Assembly (NCBI GenBank): GCA_038874135.1
Contig: JAVZCZ010000001.1
Span: forward strand, 608,001-672,000
Direction of reading: 5' to 3'
Origin: Candidatus Woesearchaeota archaeon
GTDB lineage: Archaea; Nanobdellota; Nanobdellia; Woesearchaeales; 0-14-0-80-44-23
Length of the DNA stretch: 64,000 nucleotides
Positions 55,593-64,000 of the stretch are shown one piece after another. Each line of letters opens with the position of its first letter. Positions within the stretch are counted from its first letter, which is position 1. Made by a program: the position numbers and the translations under genes. A model generated the notes under the pieces. It did no database searches. It was not told the origin of the DNA and saw only the letters and a program-made list of their open reading frames with translations.

Positions 55593-56777
55593 TTATTTAA
55601 GAAAATTTTTAACTGCGTATATGAACATTCCTGCAGCCCAGGCAAATGGGCGCTCGCTCTTGTAAAGAATACGATCTACAGGAATTCCTCTTCTCTCTTC
55701 ATACACTTCGCAAACATCACTGTCCCTATTTATGATGTCAGAAATTTTTTCTGCAAGTAGCATCGCATTCTTTTTCTTTCCCGCGACCGTCTTTGCTATT
55801 ATTCCTAGGCAGCCTATCCAGAGCCAGCTCATTCCATCTTGGTAATCTGGAATCAGTAGGAGATAATTAGCTGGGTCAATGTTTCTCCAGCCATAGTGTG
55901 GATAATTCGTCCTGTAAGGGACTCCGTTTTCCAGTCCAAATTCTTCCAACTTTGAGATTATTAAGGAAGCCCTTTTATTGTCAGCTATTCCCAGCATTAT
56001 TGCCATCAGGTTTCCTTCAGTTGAAAAGAATTCGTGTCTCTGCCCATCTTCGGAAATCCAATCAGTGTAGTATGCTCCGTTCCACATCAAAGAGTTTATT
56101 TTCTTTTTAACCTTTTCAGCAATAGACTGGCTTTTCTTATAATCCTTCCAACGATTTTGCCGCTTTGCAATTTCAGCGAAAGAGAGGCATCCCCAGTAGT
56201 GGCAGGCTTCAGTATAAAGCACCTTGCCCGACTTTTTCACAGTGTCCAGCCAGCTGCAATAGGTACCTTCCTCTATAAGCCCGTCTTCATCCACATCTAA
56301 GGTTAGGTTCCACTCAAAAGCCTTCTTCACAGCTTCATAATTTTTTCTTGCAAAATTCCAATCTCCTGACTTTTTACAATACTCATTAAATGCAACTAGG
56401 AATAGAGAATTCTGATCAGCAGGCTTTTTAGACCCTGAAATCCAGGGGTATGCTCTATCAATTTCATACCTGACCTTATTTATCTTTTCTTCCGGAGAGC
56501 TTTTTAGGTGTATTCCTAATATTTTAGGGATAATATTGTTACAGCCTATCCTTAGAGGAATCTGCCCATCCTCTTTCTGCTTTGAGATGAACAACTGCAA
56601 ATGATCTCTTACGACTTTGTAGTGCTCCAGCGATGAGGCTCCTAAGCACGCAAAGAAGCCGTCCCTTGCCCAGTAGTCATCAAAATGTCTCTTTCCCGCA
56701 AGAATTCCGTAAGGGGTGTAACATTTTTTTAGAGAATGAGTTGCAACTTCCAAAGCTTTAATTATCTTCCTATTCAT
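55593..56777 (-). CDS. (alpha/alpha)6-barrel glycoside hydrolase (amylo-alpha-1,6-glucosidase/invertase-like)
   Basis: YWARDG, D.DGLIE, W.D, YQDG..W.W, F.W.AG motifs. Confidence 0.8.
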   Translation of the reverse strand: MNRKIIKALEVATHSLKKCYTPYGILAGKRHFDDYWARDGFFACLGASSLEHYKVVRDHLQLFISKQKEDGQIPLRIGCNNIIPKILGIHLKSSPEEKINKVRYEIDRAYPWISGSKKPADQNSLFLVAFNEYCKKSGDWNFARKNYEAVKKAFEWNLTLDVDEDGLIEEGTYCSWLDTVKKSGKVLYTEACHYWGCLSFAEIAKRQNRWKDYKKSQSIAEKVKKKINSLMWNGAYYTDWISEDGQRHEFFSTEGNLMAIMLGIADNKRASLIISKLEEFGLENGVPYRTNYPHYGWRNIDPANYLLLIPDYQDGMSWLWIGCLGIIAKTVAGKKKNAMLLAEKISDIINRDSDVCEVYEERRGIPVDRILYKSERPFAWAAGMFIYAVKNFLK

Positions 56778-57205
56778 TTTATGAACTCAAAAATCGCCGT
56801 GCCAGTCCAGTCTGAAGGAGTTGCATTCTCAGGTATATTAGCAGTGCAGCTTATTGTAATCTTCTCGTTAGGCATTATTGTTGAGCCATTACCAGTGCAA
56901 CTCACTAGTTCTGAAGCATTTCCAACTATCCAAAACCTCAACTTTAGGGGAATCTTATCTGAATTTGTTATGATTAACTCTCTTCTTCCAAAACCTCCAG
57001 GTGGTATCTGCCCAAAATACAGAATATTCCCCTGAATTATTCCTACACCTACTTCCATCTCTTTGGATACTGAAAAATTTATTGGAACCTCAACCATTTT
57101 ATAAGATGAGGTTTTAACTCTTATCAGTAAGAAGAATGATACCACAGAGAAAACTACTAAAATAATTAAGGCTATTGCAACCTGAAAATTATTCTTTTTT
57201 AGCAT
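56774..57205 (-). CDS. Membrane-anchored single Ig-like domain protein (candidate minor fimbrial subunit)
   Basis: N-terminal TM; LYFGQIPPG, I.NS, IPENA.P...G. Confidence 0.7.
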   Translation of the reverse strand: MLKKNNFQVAIALIILVVFSVVSFFLLIRVKTSSYKMVEVPINFSVSKEMEVGVGIIQGNILYFGQIPPGGFGRRELIITNSDKIPLKLRFWIVGNASELVSCTGNGSTIMPNEKITISCTANIPENATPSDWTGTAIFEFIK

Positions 57206-57221
57206 ACCAATCCTTCTTTTA

Positions 57222-58388
57222 TTAATTAAGCCTTTCTTTCCTATTGATGATTATCCAGATGCCTATATTTATTAGAAGGACTGCAATTACAATTATGGAA
57301 ATTACTGCCCACTGAGGTACTGTAAACTTTTCTTTCTGCTTCGGCTCAAGCTTAACTTCAAAGCTTCCAGAATACGCTTCTGCTTTATTCCCATACTTCA
57401 AAGATATGTCTAGCGTGTAGTTTCCAATTGGGATGCTGCTTAAATCTATATATCCGGTTAAGTTCTTTCTATCCCAGCTTGTTAAGGATTCGGAAAGAGT
57501 TCTAAACTGGGAGAGCTTTACAGTTCCATTCTTTAAGGAGACCTCTGCTACAACCTCATTTATTGGCTCGTTCCAATTGCTCTCAACTTCTAAATAGAAG
57601 GGATTTATCTTTCCTACAAATCCGCTTCTGCTGAAGTCAATCAAGTCCACTTTGAGTTCTCCAATCCTGAACTCTATGGGAGGAGTATGCGCTGATATCC
57701 CATCATAGTCCAGCTCTGCATAAGCCCAGTACCTTCCCGGGCTCAGCCCATCCCCCTTGAGCAATGCTTCAGTTTCTTTTACTTCATTCGGTTCAAGTCC
57801 AATGACTTCCTGCACATCTGTGCTTCCCACACTCTCGTTTGCCCCGTTGTAGGCATAAACAGTTCCATTTATCCTATCTATAGCCTGGTCTCCCAAGTTT
57901 GTCATTGATACCTTAAACTTAACATCTTCTCCCTGTTTTGCCCCTTCACTTGAAAGATAAGCATCTAGGTATTTTCCAGAATATGGCACGTGGATTCTTA
58001 AAGGCTGATTAACCTGTGCAAATACAACTATTGTTCCATGCTGATTGTACCTGTTTTCCTTTACGCTTATCAGCTGCTGGTGCACTCCCGGCTTTTCAAT
58101 CTTTTCAGGAAATTTTATTATCACATTGAACTTTTTAGTTTCGTGAGGTGCAAGCTGAAACTCATCAGGAGAAGCGCTCATATACTCTGCAAGGTCTCCT
58201 GAAAAAAATATTGAAATGCCCATTGTTTCATCATTTGTGTTGTATGCTGCGTATTCTATTGTAAGCTCCTGATTTGGCACAAAGCTTACATCCTTTGTTG
58301 AGAACATTATTCCTACTGCTCCGGCAAAGCTTGAAAAAAAGAGGAAAAGAATCATCCAGTAAAGTGTGAGCCAGCCTTTCTTAACCAT
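57222..58388 (-). CDS. Secreted three-Ig-domain protein with C-terminal TM (DUF916/DUF3324-like architecture)
   Basis: Signal peptide ..AGA, F.L.P.E..F.V.I..P..PG, NLG, L.PG.Y.A.AEL.Y, C-terminal TM with basic tail. Confidence 0.7.
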   Translation of the reverse strand: MVKKGWLTLYWMILFLFFSSFAGAVGIMFSTKDVSFVPNQELTIEYAAYNTNDETMGISIFFSGDLAEYMSASPDEFQLAPHETKKFNVIIKFPEKIEKPGVHQQLISVKENRYNQHGTIVVFAQVNQPLRIHVPYSGKYLDAYLSSEGAKQGEDVKFKVSMTNLGDQAIDRINGTVYAYNGANESVGSTDVQEVIGLEPNEVKETEALLKGDGLSPGRYWAYAELDYDGISAHTPPIEFRIGELKVDLIDFSRSGFVGKINPFYLEVESNWNEPINEVVAEVSLKNGTVKLSQFRTLSESLTSWDRKNLTGYIDLSSIPIGNYTLDISLKYGNKAEAYSGSFEVKLEPKQKEKFTVPQWAVISIIVIAVLLINIGIWIIINRKERLN

Positions 58389-58462
58389 AACAACCACAAT
58401 AGTCTTTAACAACTATAAAAATTTTATTAAAAATTTTGAAATAAGAAAAAAATTGTAAATCC

Positions 58463-59125
58463 TTATGATGAGATAAAGTCTATTTGCACCTGCACCTGTT
58501 TTTCTCCAGGAACTGCGTCAAACGGCACGGTTACCTTTGCAGCTACCCAGAGTTCGTTGTTAGTTCCATATGTGAAGGCTGTTCCAGTAGCGTTGGCGCA
58601 AAGGTTGCTCTTGGCAGTTGTTAGAGGTGTCCAGCTGGTTGTCTGGAAAGCGTCGTTACAGCCATCGTTTGCAGTTGGGTTTATAGCTGCAAACCACGCC
58701 TGGCTCCAGCCTGTTGAAACAGAGTTTATCCAAGCTGTAGCGTTTGCAGAAGCATTTATTGTAAGGTTTCCATTAGTGTTTCCAGTATTTCTAACTATTA
58801 TGTACCTCTTTGTCGGGTCTGATATGGCGTTTGCCCAGTCGCCCTGGCAGTCGGTGTCAGGTCTGGCTCCTGAAGAGAGGTTGCTTTCCATTGTGCAGTT
58901 TGTATTAACTAAAGCGTATCCGCTTCCGAAGTCAATCGCCTGCGTTACGGTTATTGCTGAGCTGCTCGTAACAGTAAGGTTAACCTTTGCAGATCCAGAT
59001 GTTGCGAATCCGGTTATTCCGAACTTCGAAAGCCGGTTTAGGCTGATTAGTGTTCCGCCTATTGAAACTATTATGGCAATCACGAGAAGGGTTGCCAATG
59101 TTTTATTGCTTATTTCTTCTGCCAT
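58463..59125 (-). CDS. Ala/Thr/Asn-rich surface protein (candidate major fimbrial subunit)
   Basis: SD GGAGG; EISNKTLA.LL TM; ITGFAT..AKVNLTV; IDFG; V.NTGN; V.VP.DA.PG.K. Confidence 0.75.
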   Translation of the reverse strand: MAEEISNKTLATLLVIAIIVSIGGTLISLNRLSKFGITGFATSGSAKVNLTVTSSSAITVTQAIDFGSGYALVNTNCTMESNLSSGARPDTDCQGDWANAISDPTKRYIIVRNTGNTNGNLTINASANATAWINSVSTGWSQAWFAAINPTANDGCNDAFQTTSWTPLTTAKSNLCANATGTAFTYGTNNELWVAAKVTVPFDAVPGEKQVQVQIDFISS

Positions 59126-59147
59126 TTTATTCCTCCCATCATTCCCA

Positions 59148-59366
59148 TCATTCTGGTTTTATAACATTTAAGCTTATTCTCGCCTGTCCGCTGGGCGGCT
59201 GCGAGGGCTTTATGACTGTGAGTGATATTTTTGAAGTTGTCGGGGCTGGCTGCGCGCTCTGTTTTTGCGTATTTGTCGCACTGAGTATTGTCCAAGTTCC
59301 AAGTATTGAAACAATAATCGTTAGAACAAGCAGCACAGCTACAGTGTTTTTTGAGACTTCAACCAT
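59148..59366 (-). CDS. 72-aa membrane peptide with two beta-strand repeats
   Basis: SD GAGG before ATG 59366; MVEVSKNTVAVLL TM; SKISLTVIKP and ARISLNVIKP. Confidence 0.7.
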   Translation of the reverse strand: MVEVSKNTVAVLLVLTIIVSILGTWTILSATNTQKQSAQPAPTTSKISLTVIKPSQPPSGQARISLNVIKPE

Positions 59367-59486
59367 TTTCAACCTCTCCAGAGATGATTTAAGCTGCTTT
59401 AAATCATTTCCATTTTTAAATATTTCTATTCTGCGGTGGTTATAGAATGGCAAAATTTTTAATTTAGCACAGCTATCATTTAAAAG

Positions 59487-59787
59487 GTAGGGCAGATACC
59501 CGGCTTTCGGAGCAGATGCTCTGAGGAAAGTCCGCCCACCATACAGAGCTGCACGCACAAGCGTGGCCTGGAAACAGGCGGCAACCGCTCAGAAACGAGA
59601 CCTCCTGAGCCAAGGATGAAGCGTGAGAGTGCCCTGGCGACAGGGCTCAGTTAACCCGCAGACGTTCCTCAGGGAAGGGTGAAACGGCGAGCCCCAGCGG
59701 TGCAAGTCCGTTTTTGGACGCTAAGTAGAATGCTGGGAGGGGCATTTCGCAAGATGCCTGACAGAAGGCGGCTTATTTCTGCCCTAC
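59487..59787 (+). ncRNA. rnpB: RNase P RNA
   Basis: P1 GTAGGGCAGA/TCTGCCCTAC; GAGGAAAGTCC; CAGAAA; GTGAAAC; ACAGAAGGCGGCTTA. Confidence 0.95.
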
Positions 59788-59962
59788 AATATATTCCTTC
59801 TTTTTTCAATTCATTTTTTTACTACTTCCTACTCTGTTAAACTCTTATGTTACCGCAAAGTAGAACATTTTTGAAAAGATTTAAATATTGAAAGGTTACA
59901 ATTACACAAAAAAAGGGGTGGAATGTCAGTTAGCACGTTCCAGATGCACCGGAGGTAATAAG

Positions 59963-60790
59963 ATGATAGTAAAGGAAGAGTTTCTCAGCAAACTGCGCCT
60001 GTATTTCTCTCTAAACCTCTATGAAGTCAAGATTTGGACTGCTCTGCTCTCAAGAGGAGTTTCCACAGCAGGAGAGCTCTCAGACATAGCAAATGTTCCG
60101 AGGTCAAGGGCTTACGATGTTCTGGAATCCCTTGAAAAGAAGGGCTTCGTAATAATGAAGTTCGGAAAGCCTATAAAGTATCTTGCAGTCCCTCCAGAAG
60201 AAGTTGTTGAAAGGGTAAAAAAACACATGCAGAGAGAGGCAGAAACAAAGATAAAGCGCCTAAATGACATAAGAAATACTGACATTCTGGATGAGTTAAA
60301 ATCCATTCACAGTCAAGGAATAGAACTGGTAGAACCAACAGACCTCTCAGGTAGCCTAAGGGGAAGGCACAACCTATATAACCACCTTGAGTCAATGATG
60401 CTAGCTGCAGAAAAAACAGTCACGATAATAACGACAACGCAAGGTTTCATAAGAGAAGTTGAAGGATTTAAGCCGGTATTTGAAAAACTCAAAAAGAGAG
60501 GAGTAAAAATAAGAATAGCAGCCCCCCTAACGCAGCAGTGTGCAGCAGCAGTTGAAGAAGCCTCAAAGTATGCTGAAGTGAGGCATACAAAGACAAAGGC
60601 GAGATTCACAATAGTTGATTCAAAAGACATAACCTTTATGGTTATGGATGATGCGGACGTGCACCCCACATATGACATAGGAATCTGGATAAACTCTCCA
60701 TTCTTTGCATCTGCGCTTGAAGAGATGTTTGAACTCGCCTGGAAGGAGATGAAGCCAGCAGAAGAAGTTATAAAATTAAAAACCAAATAA
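59963..60790 (+). CDS. TrmB-family transcriptional regulator/chromatin protein
   Basis: LNLYE.KIW.ALL, VPRSRAYDVL.SLE.KG, KY.AVPP; SD GGAGGT before ATG 59963. Confidence 0.92.
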   Translation: MIVKEEFLSKLRLYFSLNLYEVKIWTALLSRGVSTAGELSDIANVPRSRAYDVLESLEKKGFVIMKFGKPIKYLAVPPEEVVERVKKHMQREAETKIKRLNDIRNTDILDELKSIHSQGIELVEPTDLSGSLRGRHNLYNHLESMMLAAEKTVTIITTTQGFIREVEGFKPVFEKLKKRGVKIRIAAPLTQQCAAAVEEASKYAEVRHTKTKARFTIVDSKDITFMVMDDADVHPTYDIGIWINSPFFASALEEMFELAWKEMKPAEEVIKLKTK

Positions 60791-60812
60791 ACTTTCTATT
60801 TTTTTAATTAAT

Positions 60813-62123
60813 CTAATCTAATTCAATCTTCTTCCCACTCTGCCTTTTTATTGTTTCATATGCACTCATTATTAGCTCGCGAACCTTCTTCCTTTCACTT
60901 GGAGAAAGCTTCTCATAATCCATCCTTAAACGCTGATAAATCTTAACTGCTCTTTCAACATTTCTCAACTCAGCTTCCCTGATAGCCCTCTTAGCCCTCA
61001 GCTTAATGATAGAAGTTTTCAAGCCAGCCGACCTAAAAACAAAAATCAGAATAATTGAAGCAACAAAAAATACCACAATAGTTAAAAGCCTCTTCTGCCG
61101 TAAGGCGTCCTCACTCTCAGCATAGGTAATTCCCGACATAGCACTAAGACGGAATTCTCGCATTTCAGAAACATTATCATAAAAGGCATAAACCTTAAAG
61201 GTATACCTCCCCTCGGGAATTTCTGAACAATCCCAAAAGAATTCAACATCTGCGTCTTTAAATATCGTAAGTGAATTTGCCCTTATTTCAGAAATTAGAC
61301 TACCTTTAGAATTCACAACCTCAATTTTCGGCTCAAACTCAACACCCCTATTCCAATTTGAAACATAACTCACAACAATCCTATTTATCTCTCCAGGCTT
61401 GAATCCTGGAACTTCTACCCTAATCGGAACTACTCTCACCTTCCCAATTCGGATAAGGGAATCATACCCTCGCTCTACACCATCGTAATACAGCCACACC
61501 CTTGCAAGATACTCACCCGAAAGATTACCACGGCTCCTACTTATCGTCTTCTCACTTCCAGAAGCAACTCCGCCAATACTCTGATTAATCCTGAAAACCT
61601 CAGAATCGCCATCATAAAGAACAAGAGAAGCATATGCATCCCTAATGTCACTCAGTCCAAGGTTTCTAACTCTTAAAGCAATCTCCCTCTCACTAGAGTT
61701 TATCATCGCAAAGAGAAACTTATCAGACTTCACCACAGTATAAATCTGAGCACTTACAGATACACCGGCATTTATACCTTCTCCTTCAGAAGGCCTGGCT
61801 GAAAACACCACTTCAGTAACATAAGTTCCAGGGCTCAAGCCAGAAGGTAGTTTTACTTCAACATTAACAGGATAGTATTCCTGCTCTGCACTTATCTTGA
61901 AAGAATAGTTGGATATTTTAAAATATTCTGCAAGCTCACCGCTCACAATAGCAGAAACATAAACCGGTACTCTATCCTTATTATACAATCTGAACTGCAA
62001 GTTATTTACAATGCCCGGCTCGTATTCCAGAGTATAATATGCTGGACCAACACCCAATCTCAATGCTTGCACAATTGAAGCTAATGTAAGCACTCCTAAA
62101 ATCCAGATTAAAATTTTTTTCAT
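60813..62123 (-). CDS. Secreted three-Ig-domain protein with C-terminal TM (paralog of 57222..58388)
   Basis: Signal ..VQA, GELAEY, NLG..I, G.Y.A...YDG, G.IN.....SNWN shared with 57222..58388. Confidence 0.72.
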   Translation of the reverse strand: MKKILIWILGVLTLASIVQALRLGVGPAYYTLEYEPGIVNNLQFRLYNKDRVPVYVSAIVSGELAEYFKISNYSFKISAEQEYYPVNVEVKLPSGLSPGTYVTEVVFSARPSEGEGINAGVSVSAQIYTVVKSDKFLFAMINSSEREIALRVRNLGLSDIRDAYASLVLYDGDSEVFRINQSIGGVASGSEKTISRSRGNLSGEYLARVWLYYDGVERGYDSLIRIGKVRVVPIRVEVPGFKPGEINRIVVSYVSNWNRGVEFEPKIEVVNSKGSLISEIRANSLTIFKDADVEFFWDCSEIPEGRYTFKVYAFYDNVSEMREFRLSAMSGITYAESEDALRQKRLLTIVVFFVASIILIFVFRSAGLKTSIIKLRAKRAIREAELRNVERAVKIYQRLRMDYEKLSPSERKKVRELIMSAYETIKRQSGKKIELD

Positions 62124-62124
62124 C

Positions 62125-64000
62125 TCAACTCGCCATAATATAGATCGTAGCATTCTTAGTAGCAGGAGGCTCCGCGCTTGGAACTTCCACTCTTATGTCA
62201 ATCCTCGCTTCATCCGCATAGTCCAGATATCCTAAATCAATAATTGAAAGAGTTGAAATGTTAGTCATGTTAGTCCAGGATGTCCGCGAGTTTCTCCAGT
62301 CAAAAGCATAATATTCTCCGCTAATATTTCCTATCCTGAACTGATAATAGCTAGTGTTAAGAGGCACTGAACTCCAGAGGGCTGTAGAGTTTATACTTAT
62401 ATTCACAGGAATGTTACCATTATTTCTAATTTTTATAGGCTGAGGACTATTATCTAAGGTGTCTTCTATTGCTCCAGGATTTAAATTTCCGAAAGAGACA
62501 TTTGCAACATAGATTTCAATATCCCTATAAGGCTCTATTGAGAAGTTCCAAGTATCACTCCACTCTCCATAGTCAAAGCTGTCAAACGCCCTAACCTTCC
62601 AGAAGTACGAAGTTGAGAGGTTAAGCTGGCCCGGATAGGTGTAGCTTGTTAAATTCGTATCAGTGATTATTAATGGAGAGGAGAAGTCAGCATTGTCATC
62701 TACCACGAGAGAATATGTTATCTTATCTGATTCTGGGTCAATGGCGGCATTCCAGACGAAAGTCATATTTCGGTCATGCTCTGTTCCGCTGTTATTCAAT
62801 GGGCTTGTAAGGTTAACTTTTGAAGGAGGAGTGTTGTTACTCCTAATTTCAATGTATGTGGGTAGGGTTTGATTGTATCCCGTTTGAGAATAATTCAGAG
62901 ATTCAAATATTACAAAGAATTCGTACTTGCTACCCTTAGTGCCAGTTGCGTTTACATACCAAGTTACATTGCAGCTCTGCTGGTCATAAATACTGCCCAA
63001 GCAGCTTAAATCGCTGCTCAGCAGAGGATTTGAAGTGTTGGTCCAGAACGGGATTGTTCCAGGAATAGTTGAAATTATCCCTTTTGAGGATAACACTAAG
63101 AACTCGTGACTGGCGTACCCGCCGATGTTTCCAGCATTGTCAAACGCCTTAACATAGAATGTGTGATTCCCCGACGGAAGCGTTTCGTTCATGTAATACA
63201 AACTAGTTGTATTTCTACCACCCACTTCAGGCGCACTATCATCAATAGCGTAGTAATAGCCAGCCACCCCGCTCACATCATCATATGAAGCACTCCAGTT
63301 AAATGTTCTGTTGCTCACAAAGCTCCACCCTTCAATTGAGTCCGTAAGATTCTGAGGTATGGATGGCGGAGTCCAGTCAATGCTGAAATTTACTGAAATA
63401 GTGTTTGAATTATTAACATTATCATACGCTCTCAGCTCAACAACACAGCCGTACTGCATCTCAACATTACAGTCCATTCCTAAGCCAACGCTTATTCCTA
63501 AAACATCGTTGCAGTTCCTTACAGTCCAGCCCTTAGTTTGAGTTCCATTGCTCAAAACCCTGTAGTAGCATGCCTTGAGCCCTGAAACAGAATCGGAATC
63601 TGAGATGTTAATCTGGAAGTTAGAATTCTTCCAGGAGCCCGCAGCTGGAGAGTTAAGAACTATTTGAGGTGCAGTTACATCTCTAACTAAGGTAAACTGA
63701 GTTGTATTCATATTTCCAGCATTATCATAACAGGTTATTGTGCCGCTTCCATTAAAGGTGCTGGAAGTGCTAAAATTATAAGCGCCAACATCCTGAGAGG
63801 CATATGGTGAAGAAGTATCATTCCCATACCCGGCAATTGTAGAAAGCTGAGGGAAATTTACAGCCGCAATCCCGTTGGAATCACCAGCACTCACAGAAAT
63901 GTTAATGCTTCCAGAGCCAGCAGGGCTATAATATGTAGTGTTTCCAACAACATATGCATAATCAGAAGTTTTAGAAATTTCTGTAATCACGCAATAAGGT
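62125..64000 (-). CDS. Large surface adhesin (Ig/FN3-like repeats) with C-terminal subunit-like domain; 5' end outside the window
   Basis: D.TAP/D.TPP repeats, SG..GYYY, YFWKVRAFD; C-terminal VSFGNL.PG, IRNNGN, VEVP..EP...K; frame open to the window end. Confidence 0.8.
   Translation of the reverse strand, partial: PYCVITEISKTSDYAYVVGNTTYYSPAGSGSINISVSAGDSNGIAAVNFPQLSTIAGYGNDTSSPYASQDVGAYNFSTSSTFNGSGTITCYDNAGNMNTTQFTLVRDVTAPQIVLNSPAAGSWKNSNFQINISDSDSVSGLKACYYRVLSNGTQTKGWTVRNCNDVLGISVGLGMDCNVEMQYGCVVELRAYDNVNNSNTISVNFSIDWTPPSIPQNLTDSIEGWSFVSNRTFNWSASYDDVSGVAGYYYAIDDSAPEVGGRNTTSLYYMNETLPSGNHTFYVKAFDNAGNIGGYASHEFLVLSSKGIISTIPGTIPFWTNTSNPLLSSDLSCLGSIYDQQSCNVTWYVNATGTKGSKYEFFVIFESLNYSQTGYNQTLPTYIEIRSNNTPPSKVNLTSPLNNSGTEHDRNMTFVWNAAIDPESDKITYSLVVDDNADFSSPLIITDTNLTSYTYPGQLNLSTSYFWKVRAFDSFDYGEWSDTWNFSIEPYRDIEIYVANVSFGNLNPGAIEDTLDNSPQPIKIRNNGNIPVNISINSTALWSSVPLNTSYYQFRIGNISGEYYAFDWRNSRTSWTNMTNISTLSIIDLGYLDYADEARIDIRVEVPSAEPPATKNATIYIMAS

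Noticed and set aside
59367-59558. N-terminal half of the 136-aa ORF 59148..59558
   Set aside because: Runs through the promoter and antisense into RNase P RNA; the SD supports a start at 59366
650-63541. Numerous short ORFs antisense to or overlapping clear genes (e.g. 1121..1657, 4611..5069, 35975..36565, 49195..49659, 58557..59171)
   Set aside because: Shadow frames of well-supported genes, with no motifs or expression signals
1-64000. CRISPR arrays, IS elements, integrases, inteins, rRNA, tRNA-end attachment-site duplications
   Set aside because: No regularly spaced repeats, transposase or integrase motifs, or oversized RFC/Cdc6/PPS genes were seen; no duplicated tRNA 3' ends were noticed

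Overview
This is a gene-dense archaeal chromosome segment, most likely from a DPANN archaeon of the Woesearchaeota type. That assignment is inferred from archaeal histone, GatDE, aIF5A, pelota, RFC, Cdc6, the S13-S4-S11-RpoD-tRNALeu-L18e-L13-S9-RpoN cluster, and many class-III-signal or lipobox surface hypotheticals. Housekeeping content includes 3 tRNAs (Ala-CGC, Leu-GAG, Thr-TGT), RNase P RNA, an L40e gene missed by the ORF track, SRP54, AspRS, a bacterial-type ThrRS, and fermentative enzymes (Pta-AckA, PPS, PPDK). The most striking signal is a dispersed set of genes normally aimed at bacterial cell envelopes. These are a canonical lytic transglycosylase next to a Lit/DUF1461-like lipoprotein transacylase, a second divergent transglycosylase-like domain capping a membrane protein in a pilin/lipoprotein operon (21.4-27.4 kb), a surface protein with copper-amine-oxidase-N-type repeats, and two pilins with beta-defensin-like cysteine spacing. 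Together they suggest a bacterium-attached lifestyle. Two further candidate novel systems are a donor-strand (WxL/DUF916-like) fimbrial locus at 56.8-64 kb that includes a tiny two-strand anchor protein, and a tRNA-Thr anticodon-mimic hairpin that sequesters the ribosome-binding site of thrS. No CRISPR array, rRNA, intein or recognisable mobile element was seen. All family calls come from motif recognition by eye, not from database searches.
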